The notes under the pieces are model-generated. The model had not been told where the DNA came from. It made no database searches and was given only the letters and a program-made list of their open reading frames with translations. The position numbers and the translations under genes are program-made. Positions 36,919 through 47,883 of a DNA stretch of 64,000 nt are shown in pieces. Location of the stretch: assembly GCA_025558095.1 (NCBI GenBank), contig JAIVFI010000007.1, positions 620,001 through 684,000 on the forward strand, written 5' to 3'. Position 1 is the stretch's first letter. The number at the start of each line of letters is the position of its first letter. This DNA comes from Hyaloraphidium curvatum SAG 235-1 (Eukaryota > Fungi > Monoblepharomycota).

Positions 36919-38091
36919 ATGTACGGCGACGGTAGGCGCACGAACTACGTGGTCGGTTCTCAAGCCCGCGAGCGAAGAATGGAATACGAGAGCAACGCCG
37001 TCCGTTCTCTGGATGAGCTCGATTTGGCCGTCGAGGACCTGCGGAGGGACGGCTACACGGCCATTCGGGCGCTGACGGATGCCGAGGAGCTCGAGGACAT
37101 TCGGAGCAAGTTCTGGGCGTTTTTCGAAGCTCTGGGGACCGGTGTCCGACGAGAAGATCCCGGGACTTGGGGAGACGGACGGTGGCCTCTGCAGGACCGT
37201 GGGATCCTGCATGGCTACAATGCCGGTTGGAACCGAGCGAGCTGGGCCGTCCGAACGCACAGTGATGTCCGCCGCTGCTTTGCGAGAGTCTGGGGAACGC
37301 GAGGCTTGGATCCGAAACCGGAGTTGCCCGCGGAGGACGACGACCGTCTTCTCACCAGCCTGGACGGGATCTGCCTCATTCGGCCCCCGGAGGTTGTACC
37401 CGAGGAAGCCGAGAGGATAAGGAAGGGGACGTTCCGTGCATGGCCCCACGTCGATCAGCACCCTTTGAAGAGGGGTTTGGACACTATTCAGGGCTTGGTG
37501 ACGCTCTACGATTCTGGCCCGGATGACGGCGGGCTCGTCGTGTACGCGAAATCGCACACGGACTTTGCCAGCAAGTTCTGGCTCCACACGAGGATGCGGC
37601 TCGCGATGGCCCTCCCGTCGGTCAACGACGGCATCGTGCGCGGCCACAAAAAGATCAAGCTTTGCGGGCCGGCCGGCACACTCTTCTTGTGGGACAGCCG
37701 CACGGTCCACTGCAATGAGGCGCCAAAGTTGGGACGTTCGCTGCCGGACGTCGTCTCCCCAGATCCGAAACGACCGGACCTTGCATATCGACCTAGGGCT
37801 GTCGTGTATGTGTGCCTTTCCCCGGCAGCGTTGTGCACGCCCGCGCAGCTTGCCAGTGTTGCCAAGGCGGCGGCCGAGCGGCGTTCGTACGGGCACAACG
37901 TCTATCGCGTGGGACTGTTTCCGGCTTGGAAGCCGCTCGTTGGTCCCAGAATGGCTTCCTCTGATCCTGTCGACCCTGCGGCTGTCGATCCTGGCAAAGG
38001 CTGGGCAGAAGCGCTGGACGATACTAGCAAAAGAATGGTTGCGCTTGTGCCATACGAAGATGGGCAAAGCTCAAGCAACAGTCGCCTTTAG
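36919..38091 (+). CDS. Phytanoyl-CoA dioxygenase-like 2OG-Fe(II) oxygenase, intronless, C-terminal SRL
   Basis: WPHVDQ (HxD), IQGLVTL..SGPDDGGLVV..SH, AGTLFLWDSRTVH, R..VYVC. Confidence 0.8.
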   Translation: MYGDGRRTNYVVGSQARERRMEYESNAVRSLDELDLAVEDLRRDGYTAIRALTDAEELEDIRSKFWAFFEALGTGVRREDPGTWGDGRWPLQDRGILHGYNAGWNRASWAVRTHSDVRRCFARVWGTRGLDPKPELPAEDDDRLLTSLDGICLIRPPEVVPEEAERIRKGTFRAWPHVDQHPLKRGLDTIQGLVTLYDSGPDDGGLVVYAKSHTDFASKFWLHTRMRLAMALPSVNDGIVRGHKKIKLCGPAGTLFLWDSRTVHCNEAPKLGRSLPDVVSPDPKRPDLAYRPRAVVYVCLSPAALCTPAQLASVAKAAAERRSYGHNVYRVGLFPAWKPLVGPRMASSDPVDPAAVDPGKGWAEALDDTSKRMVALVPYEDGQSSSNSRL

Positions 38092-38114
38092 CCCCGTTCC
38101 TGATGTACACACGA

Positions 38115-39734
38115 TCACGCATCGTTGACCAAAGTTGCGCGCGACGAGGTCGCAGTCTTGGCCGGTTTCGTCGAGCGCCTCGCGCTCCTCGCGTCCACTA
38201 GAAGCTTCCAGAGCTTGACATAGAACTCTTTGGCTCGCTTCTCGCCAAACCCCGGGTTCGCTGCGAGAATCCTTCCAACGATCACGTTCTCCGGCAGCCT
38301 CAAAATCTGCATCCCCGATTCGTTGCCTTCAGGGCATATGGATTCGGCGGCAATTTTACCGGCCGACGTGGTCTCGATCCAATGCTTCAGGTGGTCGTAG
38401 GTCCAAGTGGCAGGATCGCGAGGGTTGTATGCAGGCGCGGTGGAGCGGGCACCGTTGCTGTTGAGCCCCACCTTAAGCGGCCCCGCGTACCGCAGCGTGT
38501 TGAGCGAATGCGCAACGTCGACAGGGGAGCAGCAGGCAATCACGACGCATTTGGAGGGGCGGCGGGCCTCCGTGTCAAACACGTCCTTCAAAAGTAGCGT
38601 GATCTTCGAGTTCCGGAACGGCACGTGTACGTGCGGCTTCTTGGGCCCTCCTGCTTGGACGGCAGAGGCCGACAGGGTAGCCCGCGAGCGGATGCAGTCC
38701 TTCAGAGTCATGAGCGACGAATTGATTGCTTTGGTCTCCTTCAGCCGTTCTGCGCCGTGGCCTTCCCTGTCCACGTGCCGCTCACTCCCCGCAAGATCCA
38801 GCAGATACAGTATGCCATCCTCGCTGCCGGGCCTGGTGAGGTCCTGCAAGGCGATCTTGCAGACCGCATGTGAGCGCGAGCTGCCGGCTTCATTCATTTT
38901 GGTCGTGGCGCTGTTTCTCTTGGAAAAAGCTTGCTCCATCAGAGACTTGAATTCGAGGGAATCCAGGGGCTCATGCACGGCAGCGTTGTGGATTTGAACC
39001 TGGCCGAACGCATCCTCCAGGATCGAAACAGTGGTTCCCGACCGTAGCTGGGCCTCGCGAATCGAGACGCCGGTCCTGTCCGAAACGCCCTTTCGGACCG
39101 CGGGCACAGGGTTGGGAGATGGGCTTGGCGCCGCACTGCCTTCCGGCTTCGGGAGCAGGTCGGTCACGTTGGAGCCCAGGATCTCGATCACGGTCAGCTT
39201 GACGCGGCGGGCCGGCTGCTCTGCGGCGACCAGGGGGGACGCAAAAAGATCCCGTCCGACTTGATCGATGATCGAGGTCATTGTAAACGTCTTTCCCGAG
39301 CCGGTTTGGCCGTATGCGAGGACGGCGCCTGAGCCGCCCTCCAGCGCCCACGACACGAGCTCCTTTCCGGCAGCCCGGTACACGGCCTCGTTCGAATCGC
39401 CGTCCCCAAAAGCAGCATCGAAGGCGAACTCGTGGGTCTTCATCAGCGGTTCGATTCCAGTGACTTTGAGCGAGGGCTCGTGCAGGTGGACGCGGTCGTG
39501 GTGCACGGTTGCCAGTCCGAGGGGGCTCGTCGAGAAATCCACCGACGGAATCATCGGCCGCACGCGGCAAAAAACCTTGATGTCGGCGGTACTGAGCAGC
39601 TCCGGTTCCGAGTCCCGGGGACCGGCGGGAAGGCCGTTCCGGAACTCGTCGATTCGAGCCCGGAAAAAGTCCGGATAGCGGTGGACGACCTGGTTGGGCC
39701 CGCCCTCGGAATCGGAAGGGAGCGGTGGCATCAT
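38115..39734 (-). CDS. Kinesin motor protein (kinesin-13-like), intronless
   Basis: IKVFCRVRP, FAFDAAF, YGQTGSGKT, SSRSHA, LDLAGSER, HVPFRNSKIT, SLNTLRYA. Confidence 0.9.
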   Translation of the reverse strand: MMPPLPSDSEGGPNQVVHRYPDFFRARIDEFRNGLPAGPRDSEPELLSTADIKVFCRVRPMIPSVDFSTSPLGLATVHHDRVHLHEPSLKVTGIEPLMKTHEFAFDAAFGDGDSNEAVYRAAGKELVSWALEGGSGAVLAYGQTGSGKTFTMTSIIDQVGRDLFASPLVAAEQPARRVKLTVIEILGSNVTDLLPKPEGSAAPSPSPNPVPAVRKGVSDRTGVSIREAQLRSGTTVSILEDAFGQVQIHNAAVHEPLDSLEFKSLMEQAFSKRNSATTKMNEAGSSRSHAVCKIALQDLTRPGSEDGILYLLDLAGSERHVDREGHGAERLKETKAINSSLMTLKDCIRSRATLSASAVQAGGPKKPHVHVPFRNSKITLLLKDVFDTEARRPSKCVVIACCSPVDVAHSLNTLRYAGPLKVGLNSNGARSTAPAYNPRDPATWTYDHLKHWIETTSAGKIAAESICPEGNESGMQILRLPENVIVGRILAANPGFGEKRAKEFYVKLWKLLVDARSARRSTKPAKTATSSRATLVNDA

Positions 39735-40095
39735 GGCGCGGTAGAATGTTGGTGGTAGGAGTCGAGTAGAATTCAAAGATGCATACTGATGTTTTCCGCG
39801 GACCCCCCAGAGGAGGCGCTACTCAGTGATATGCCAAGAGTTCAAGTATTGCGGATCATTACATAGTCCCATGCTAAGTGAGCCTTCGTTTCGATCGTTC
39901 GGTTGGACAGGTCAGGTCAGCAGAAGCATGATCGCCATCCGCCTCATTAGCAGACCAGGGGTGGCCAGTGCCCAGGTCCGTCCTGCGGAGCATTTTGGCA
40001 GTGGCCAATTTCTTTCCGGAGATCCTTGTCGAGCTCTGACAAGGGACCCCCGCGGCCACGGAGTGATCGATACGGCGAATCCCTCGAAAGGTCCG

Positions 40096-41391
40096 ATGCG
40101 GCTCTTCACGCGTTTAGCCCGTCGGATCGGGCGTTTTCCTCCGCCAAACGGTCCGTCCGCATTGCAAAGACGATGTCTCAACCTACCTGCGGGCCATTTG
40201 GCGCCTTGCAGCCCCCGGAGCGCGTCCCGCCCCGCGCGACAGTTCCACGCCACCGCCGCACGGCGATTTTGGGACGACCGGCTCGATGACCGGCTCGCGA
40301 AGATGGCCGAGGACAGCGATTTGATCTCGAGGCAGCTCGCGGACCTGGGCAACGCCGAGAATCCCGACCCGGGGAAGTTTGCCGAGCTGGGGAGGCAGGC
40401 CTCGGAGCTGGGCCCCGTGGTGGAGCCGTACAGGGAGCTCACGAGGGCGAGGCAGGAGCTCGCGGAACTGGATGCCTTGCTGAAGGAAACGGAGGGCAAG
40501 GGCGGGGACCGGGAGCTGGGAAAGCTTGTCGAAGAGGACCGCGCAAGCTGCCTAGCGAGGATCGAGGAGCTGCAGGACGAAGTGCTCGCGGCCCTGGTGC
40601 CGGACGACGTCAGCGACTCGGCGAATGCCATCCTCGAAATCCGTTCCGGGGCGGGGGGCGACGAGGCCAGCCTCTTTGCCGAGGAGATGTTCCGGATGTA
40701 CGAGCGGTTCGCGCAGTCCAGGGAATGGCGCTTCATTACCATGTCGACGGCTCCGGCCGACCGGGGGCTGCGGGAGGCCATCGCTTCCGTCGGTGGCGAG
40801 AACGTCTTTGGGATGCTCAAGTTCGAGAGCGGCGTGCACCGCGTGCAGAGGGTGCCCGACACGGAAACAAAGGGGCGCACGCACACGAGCACGATCACTG
40901 TTGCCGTCATGCCGGAACCGAACGAAGCGCTGACGAGCGCGATGAAGGACTTTCGGATCAACGAGCTGGATCTGAGGATCGAGACGATGAGGGCATCCGG
41001 TGCCGGCGGGCAGTCCGTCAACACGACGGACTCCGCGGTGCGCATTACGCACATTCCGACGGGGACGGTGGTGCACATTGCTACCGAGCGGTCGCAGCAC
41101 CAGAACAAGGCCAAGGCCATGCAGATCCTGCAGGCCCGCCTATGGGACATGAGGCGCCGCGAAGAGGCGGAGAAGCGGTCGAAGCTCCGGGCCTCGCTGG
41201 TCGGCTCTGGCGCACGGACCGAGAAGATCCGGACCTACAATTTTCCGCAGGGGAGGATCACCGACCACCGGATCAACCTGACTGCGTCCAACATCAGCGC
41301 TTTCATGGACGGCGATGGCCTCGGGGAGATCGTCGAGAAGCTGGTGGCTGAGGAACGGATGAATGATATCCTCAACTCCATCGACGTGTAA
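40096..41391 (+). CDS. MRF1: Mitochondrial peptide chain release factor 1, intronless
   Basis: GAGGDEA, FESGVHRVQRVPDT (PxT), GAGGQSVN (GGQ), RSQHQNK, IRTYNFPQGRITDHR; basic presequence. Confidence 0.93.
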   Translation: MRLFTRLARRIGRFPPPNGPSALQRRCLNLPAGHLAPCSPRSASRPARQFHATAARRFWDDRLDDRLAKMAEDSDLISRQLADLGNAENPDPGKFAELGRQASELGPVVEPYRELTRARQELAELDALLKETEGKGGDRELGKLVEEDRASCLARIEELQDEVLAALVPDDVSDSANAILEIRSGAGGDEASLFAEEMFRMYERFAQSREWRFITMSTAPADRGLREAIASVGGENVFGMLKFESGVHRVQRVPDTETKGRTHTSTITVAVMPEPNEALTSAMKDFRINELDLRIETMRASGAGGQSVNTTDSAVRITHIPTGTVVHIATERSQHQNKAKAMQILQARLWDMRRREEAEKRSKLRASLVGSGARTEKIRTYNFPQGRITDHRINLTASNISAFMDGDGLGEIVEKLVAEERMNDILNSIDV

Positions 41392-41495
41392 TTCAAGACC
41401 ATGAAAAAGACGCTACATCGCTACATCGCTTCAATATCAACTAAACGACAATCAATTTCACGCCCCAAGACGTCTCTGCTTCCGTTCGGTACCCT

Positions 41496-42224
41496 TCAAA
41501 ACCCGCGGCTCCGCTGGTGCTCGGCGTCCGTCAGCGGCACGAACTGCACGCCCATCAAGTGGTGCTTGTGGACGGACCCATCGGCATGGCGATCAACCCG
41601 GACAAGCTGTGCAGACATGAGAATGATGGGCGCAAAGAGCAGACAGCCACTTGCCTCCTGCACGTAGGTTCCGACAGGAATCAGGAGGCTGCCTCCCGGT
41701 TTCAGCTGCTCGATCAGGGCTTTCGGAATCTGCGGCGCCGCTGCCCCGACGTGGATGGCATCGAACGGGGCCCCGTCCTTCCAACCCTGGCGGCCGTCTC
41801 CGACAAAGAACTTGAGGCGTCCGTCGCGGAGAAACTCCGGCTTGTCCCGTTCGACATTCTTGTGGGACAGGTCCACGAGCTCCTGGATGTGGTCCACTCC
41901 AATGATGCGGCCCGTGGGCCCGACCATCTCGGCCATGCACGCAGCGAGGTATCCAGAGCCCGAACCGACGTCGAGGGCGCTCATTCCCGGCTTCAGGTGG
42001 TTCTTCAGCTCCTCGAGCATGTAGGCATGCATATGCGGCGCCGAGATCGTCGCGCCGTAGCCAATGGTCTGCGGGCTGTCGAAGTAGGGGTCACCCTGTC
42101 GAACGTAGTGGCGGCGGTCGATCGCCAGCATTGCATTCTCCACGGTGGGAGACCGGATTATCCCGGCTTTTGCGAGGTTGGCAACGAGCTCGGCATTCGT
42201 GGCCCCGCTGCACCTCCAGGCCAT
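41496..42224 (-). CDS. PCMT1: Protein-L-isoaspartate O-methyltransferase
   Basis: MAWRCSG, IGYGATISAPHMHA, LDVGSGSGYL, GDGRQG, APFDAIHVGAA, V.FVPLTD; possible N-terminal extension to 42482. Confidence 0.93.
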   Translation of the reverse strand: MAWRCSGATNAELVANLAKAGIIRSPTVENAMLAIDRRHYVRQGDPYFDSPQTIGYGATISAPHMHAYMLEELKNHLKPGMSALDVGSGSGYLAACMAEMVGPTGRIIGVDHIQELVDLSHKNVERDKPEFLRDGRLKFFVGDGRQGWKDGAPFDAIHVGAAAPQIPKALIEQLKPGGSLLIPVGTYVQEASGCLLFAPIILMSAQLVRVDRHADGSVHKHHLMGVQFVPLTDAEHQRSRGF

Positions 42225-42549
42225 GGCTTGGCCTCGCGGAGAGTCGTCCGGATTTGCGCTCGCCGGCGGCAGCTTGGCGCGGGGCGACTGGAGCCCCTGG
42301 TCGCGCGGTGAGTCGCTTTGAGCTTCGCGCGTCAACGGCTGCCCGACCCGGGGCGACAGGAACCACAGGACTCCCGCGAGCGCTAGAACAAAGATACTGC
42401 GCAACGTGGCGCCCAGAGATACGGGTGCCGTCTCCGGCTAGCGCGTGTGATGGCCTGCCGGAGTGCGGGAGTGATTCACCATCGAGGACGCGGTCAGTCG
42501 CGTCTGGTCACCGCACCTTCCACCTGACCTTCCCCTTCCCCTGTCGAAC

Positions 42550-43380
42550 ATGAGCCTGCAGAACCGATTCGGCCCGCCGCGCTCGGACGGCCGCGGGACG
42601 CCGCAGCCCGTCGCGACGTCCGCGTGGGGCGTCGCGGCCGCGTCGACCGCGTTCGGCGGCACCGGCGGCACGGGCTACTACCGCCCAGCAAACGGCGCCG
42701 CGCAGAACGCAAACGCCGGCGGCGTCGCGTCGCTGGGCAACGCGGGAAATGCAGGGGCGGGAAATGCGACGGCTTCGCACTCGGATCTCACGGTGCCGAT
42801 CAAGAAATGGTGGGCAGGAACGGACGGCGTGCTCTTCCGACCCCCGCCAACGTGTCTCGCGTCGCCAAAGGGTGAAGAAGTGGGAGGGGTCCAAGTACAC
42901 CCCTCAGATGATCGGTCTCACGCCAGCGAGCATCAACATTCCGCGGACAAAGGCCGACGCAGAGGCCCTGCGGCTGTATCGATGGGTGCAGAGTTGGTTT
43001 TCGCTCGCCGTCGACCTTCTTCCCCCGTTGACGTCCCGGCTGCAGCGAACGAGATTGTTGGAGCAAAGGACGAGGAACCGGAGGAGGGAGCGGCCCAGGG
43101 CAACGACGGGGAAGAGGAGGCCGAGTCGAAACCCGGGCGGGGGCGGCGGACCCAGTCGGGAGGGGACTTTGGCGAGACCGCCGACACGCCGGGATCCACC
43201 GGCTCGCCGAAAGAGGGCGGAGATGAGCAGGACGGGGAAGAAGAGGATGCAGAGATGGAGGAAGGGGCCGACGGGGAACAAGATGAAGGCGCGGACGGCG
43301 AGCAAGATGTCGACCAGCAAGAACAGGACGGCGGGGACGGGGGAGATGCGGACGACGGCGGGGACGGCGGCGACGAATAG
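42550..43380 (+). CDS. Small protein with BCL7-like motif and acidic tail
   Basis: Spliced product ...VPIKKW|VKKWEGSKY...LRLYRWVQ|TNE followed by a D/E-rich tail. Confidence 0.6.
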   Translation: MSLQNRFGPPRSDGRGTPQPVATSAWGVAAASTAFGGTGGTGYYRPANGAAQNANAGGVASLGNAGNAGAGNATASHSDLTVPIKKWWAGTDGVLFRPPPTCLASPKGEEVGGVQVHPSDDRSHASEHQHSADKGRRRGPAAVSMGAELVFARRRPSSPVDVPAAANEIVGAKDEEPEEGAAQGNDGEEEAESKPGRGRRTQSGGDFGETADTPGSTGSPKEGGDEQDGEEEDAEMEEGADGEQDEGADGEQDVDQQEQDGGDGGDADDGGDGGDE

Positions 43381-43408
43381 GTGGTATTGCTCTCTATACC
43401 CGATACCC

Positions 43409-45267
43409 TCACCAAGACGCCGCGTGGCCGTCACCCCGGGGATCCGAGCCCGCAATGTAGAACACCTTGCCCGTCCGCTTGTCGACCCGGCGTTCGATGA
43501 TCTGTGCCCGACCAAACACCTGTTGCGAACACACACGAGTTGAGCGGAGTTGAGCACGGTTGGGCAAGGAACCCACCGCCCGCTCGAAGCCGCGGATGAC
43601 CCGCACGCGGTGGCCCATCTTCCGCAGGTTCTCCACCTCGGCCGGATCCATCCCTTCCTCGCAGAATATGGACCCGTCCTCGTCCACGGCGACGTGGAAC
43701 CGCAGCGTGTCCAGCGCCTTCTGCGGGTCCATGCCCCGGAGGATGTTGAGCAGGTCCTGGACCTGCCCCTGCGGCTGCTGGAAGCCTCCCATGTGGCCGT
43801 TGCAGAGCAGCAGCTCGTTGGTGGCCGAGATGGTGGTCATGGCGGGCAAAATGGTGTGGAAAGGCCTCTTGCCTCCCTCGAGGCGGTTGGGGTGCGAGGG
43901 GTCCAGGGAGAAGTTGGACCCGCGGTTCTGGAGGATCACGCCGGTGCCGCGCGCCACGGCTCCGCAACCGAAGGACGTGTAGAGCTGGCACAGTGGGTAA
44001 GCTAGGCGAAAGAGCTCTCGGAGCGAGGGTTGCTTCTCACGGAGTTGATGAAGCTGCACGCGTTGCCCTCCTTGTCCATGACCGACAGATAAACGGTGTC
44101 GCCCGCAAAGCTCACGTTGCCAGGTTGGCACTGCGCGGCAGCTTTTGCCGGATCAATCAGCTTGGCCCTCGAAGCAAGGTATTCGTCCGAGAGGAGCTCC
44201 TTGACGGGAACCTTGCTGAACTCGGGGTCCGCGACGTATCGCAGCGAGTCCGCGAACGCCAGCTTCAGCGCCTCAAGGACGGCATGCATGTACTCGGCCG
44301 AGTTGACCTGCATTTCCATCAGCGGGCGGATCCGCCCCGACTTTTCCAGCTGGTCCAGTATGCCCAGAGCGATGAGCGCTGCGATCCCCTGCCCGTTGGG
44401 CCCGTGCTCCCACAGCCGCACGCCCCGGTAGTCGATGTAGATGGGCTCGTTCGGGGTCGAGCGGTGGTTCGCCAGGTCCTCGAGGGTCATGACGCCGCCA
44501 AACTCGCGCACGACGTCCACGATCGCCTGCGCGACCTCGCCTTGGTAGAAGCCGGCCTTGCCCTTCTCTGCCAGGAGGCGGAACGTCCTGCCGAGGGTCG
44601 GAATCGACATGATTTCGGCGGCCGCGGGCGCCCTGCCGCCCGCGAGCCATTCCTCCCGGCCGCCGCGCAGTTTGTCCGCAGCAAATTCCCACATATTGGC
44701 GGAAATCGGGCCCACGGGGTAACCTTGCTCCGCGAGATCGATCGCGGGCTGCAGGACCTGCAGCGGGGTCACCCTGCCGGAGCCAAACATCTCGAGGGTG
44801 TCGATCCAGGCCGCCGCCGCGCCCGGAACGGTGGCCGAATTGACGTCCGAAGGCGGGATCTGAACGTGGCCTTTGGCACGCATGTCCTCCAGCCTGAGCT
44901 TCGCCGGCGCGCGGCCCGAGCCGTTCAACGCCCGCACGGTCTTAGTCTTGGCATCATAGAAGAGGCAGAACGCGTCGCCCCCGATTCCCGTGGATGTCGG
45001 TTCTGTCACATTCAGTGCTGCAGCAACAGCGACGGCTGCGTCGGCCGCGTTGCCTCCCATGCGAAGCACATCGTACCCCGCGGCCGTGGCGAGCGGCTGC
45101 GACGATGCCACGGCACCGTTGAGCGACATGACCGGCGATCGCCGGCTTGCGAAGGTGAAGCCCATCGGCCGCCGCGGCAGCATGCCGGGGGCCGAGTTCG
45201 GATCACCCTGCACGTGCGACGCGACGCCGGCGACGCGTCCCCGGGCGACGTCCGCGGGCCCAGACAT
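43409..45267 (-). CDS. Gamma-glutamyltranspeptidase
   Basis: ASSQPLA, GGNAADAAVA, GIGGDAF, TVPGA, GDTVYL (Thr nucleophile), LQNRG, RPFHTILP, GGFQQPQG, GSDPRGDG. Confidence 0.93.
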
Positions 45268-45405
45268 CTTCTGTCGCTGAAACTGGGCGGAGGACGGGAT
45301 AGATTCGACAGTGTCACCCGCTGGTGTGTCGTAAACAAGCGACGCGGGACTGAGTGCATGATTGTGACCGTTCGCCGTTCGCCCAACCGTCACTCGACCG
45401 CTACC

Positions 45406-45903
45406 ATGCCGCTCCCACGGCTCATCGCGGCGCGGGCCGCCCAGCGGGCCGCTCTCCGCGGCGCGCGCATCGTCGAGGCGCGCGCGGCGTACGCGGCGGA
45501 TAAGGACGAGCGGCGGAAGCGCGTCATGTTCGGCGGCGACCCGCGCAACGAACTGGTGCGCCGACCCGCGGCACCCGCCATCTGGCCTGACTGGACGCCT
45601 CCGCAGATCCGCAACACGCTGTACCCGCCGCAGGCGTTCCCCAAGCCGCCGGAGGTCGCGCCCGAGGAGGCCGAGCGGCGCGAGCTCATCGCGAAGGCGT
45701 GGACGATCTACCGGCAGCACCAGACCGAGCAGCAGCTGCAGGCGCTGAAGGCCAAATTCCTGTCGATGCGGCTGGCGATGCGCGTGCTGCGCCGCGTGAA
45801 CTCGCGCCTCTTCAAGGGCGCCCTGACAAAGTCGGCGGACCTCTCGTTCCCGCGGCGGCTCAATCCGCCGACGGAGACCCCGCCGCTGGGCGGCTGGAAG
45901 TGA
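45406..45903 (+). CDS. Mitochondrial ribosomal protein mL40 (MRPL28/MRPL40-like)
   Basis: ELIAKAWTIY, SMRLAM..L......LF..A, FPRRLNPPTETPP..GW. Confidence 0.75.
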   Translation: MPLPRLIAARAAQRAALRGARIVEARAAYAADKDERRKRVMFGGDPRNELVRRPAAPAIWPDWTPPQIRNTLYPPQAFPKPPEVAPEEAERRELIAKAWTIYRQHQTEQQLQALKAKFLSMRLAMRVLRRVNSRLFKGALTKSADLSFPRRLNPPTETPPLGGWK

Positions 45904-46021
45904 TTAGGCGGGTGGTAGGGCTGTACCGTTGGATTGCGCCTTGATGTATGGCCCGGTACTGCGGCACGGTGTGACGAGGACGGGTGGCAATGGGCGGATT
46001 CCGCACGCCAAATCTGAACGA

Positions 46022-47317
46022 ATGCTGGCAGCATTGCGGCCATCCGCGGCCCTGCCGCGCGTCCTGCGCGCCGCCGCACCTCCCGCGCCGCTCGTCCAGC
46101 GGCGATTCGCGCAGGCAGCTTCCGCAGACGGCCCGGTGTGCTACATCGAGGAGCTCTCCGGCGAGGACGCGGGCATCCGGCTGTTGACGTTCAACAGGCC
46201 GGCGGCCAAGAATGCCCTCTCGCGCAGAATGCTGGACGAGTTTGCCGAGTCGCTGGCGCGGATCCGGGTCGACGATGGCGCACGCGTGCTGGTCCTCCGG
46301 AGCCTGGTCAGCGGGGTCTTTTGCGCCGGTTAGCGCGCCCGTGGCCTTTCATGCCGCGCTGTCGGCTCAAATGCCTCTCGGATGGTCGCAGGTGCGGACC
46401 TGAAGGAGCGGGCGACAATGCAGCAGTCGGACGTGGCGCTCTTTGTGAGCAAGCTGCGGGAGACGTTCATGGCGCTCGAAGTCTGCCCTATACCGACGGT
46501 CTGTGCTATCGACGGTGCGTCGACGAACCTGAGACGGCGATTGGACGGACCTCGGCTCACGGGCTCGCGGATTGCCAGGGGCGGCACTGGGAGGCGGGCT
46601 CGAAATCGCGCTGTCGTGCGATCTGCGGGTGGCAGGCCAGGGCGCCAAGGTAGCTCCGCCGCGCCACACCACGGCACCGTGCCTTAATGTTCCGCGCGGC
46701 AGCTCGGCCTTCCCGAAACCCGCCTGGCGATCATACCCGGGGCCGGGGGAACACAGCGACTCCCGCGGCTCATAGGGCGCTCTAAAGCCAAGGAGCTCAT
46801 CTTCACCGGGCGGCAGCTGAACAACGTCGAGGCCAAGGAATACGGCCTCGTGAACTACGCGGACGCGAACGGCTTCGACAGGGCGCTCGAGCTGGCGCGC
46901 CAGATCCTCCCAGCAGGTGAAGGCGCACTCCACGGAGCAAGGTGAACGGATCTTATTCCTTCGCCCGTCGACAGGTCCTATCGCGATCAAGGCGGCCAAG
47001 GTCGCAATCGATCGCGGCTCGCAGGTCGACATGTTGGTTGTAACCTCTCCTAGGGCGCCGGCGGTCTCACCGGGCCTCTCCCCAGCGCAACTGGCATGGC
47101 CATCGAGGAGGCATCGTACGCCAAGGTGATTCCCACGGAAGACAGGCTCGAAGGTTTGTTGTCCGCCGCCGCGCAGACTGCCCTCGCTGACATTGTGATC
47201 CACTAGGTCTCAAGGCGTTCGCGGAGAAGAGGTATGCCAAAAGGTGGAAAATGGCAACTGGCGGCCATGCTCATTCGTTTTTGCTTCAACAGGAAGCCCG
47301 TCTACAAGGGGAGGTGA
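46022..47317 (+). CDS. Methylglutaconyl-CoA hydratase (AUH-like, crotonase family)
   Basis: [13 protein letters not shown]|[60 protein letters not shown]. Confidence 0.9.
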
Positions 47318-47361
47318 CACAGAGAGGGTATCAAAGAAAATGCCCAGCCGAATCACGATGA

Positions 47362-47764
47362 TTAGGCGCGTGCGCGCTTCTCTGCCCGCTCCCGGAGGTA
47401 CTCCAGCCGAACCTCGTCGTACGACTCCGGTGTTGCCCTGGCAAGCGCGAAGGATGAGTCCGGAACCTCGGTGTCGCGTGTCCCCGCCTCACGCCTTCTT
47501 TAGGCAGTCCATCATCTCATTCCTGAGGCTCCGACATGCCCACATCACCGAAATCAGCCTCCCCTTCTCGCATTCCGTGAAGGCTTGGCGGCCGGGGACA
47601 GCGTACCTGTCAGGTGTGGCGTCCCAGGTCCCGGGTTGAGGCTCACCTTTGATTGCAGGATCGCACGCGGCCCTCGTCCGGCGCTTCCAGCGATCCTTCA
47701 CGGTGTCCTCTTCGTGATAGAGGAGGATCGTGTCATCGAGAGGCAGTTCGCCGCGAGTCGACAT
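47362..47764 (-). CDS. COX assembly protein Cmc1-like (twin CX9C)
   Basis: RAACDPAIK|AFTEC..GRLISVMWACRSLRNEMMDCL...YDEVRLEYL. Confidence 0.8.
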
Positions 47765-47883
47765 TCTCTTCAGAGATGTTCGATCGCGCGAATTGTGATC
47801 GGGTGGCTCGGCTCGCACTGGCTCCCAAGCCCCAAATCAAACCGGGAGAGAGGCCTCCGCAAGCCGCCAGGACGCGCGATACG

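Noticed and set aside
43993-45405. 636-aa plus-strand ORF and other long antisense ORFs (e.g. 22282-23817, 39912-41150)
   Set aside because: Shadow frames caused by high GC3 in real genes; only the last ~165 aa (mL40) of the 636-aa ORF is a real protein
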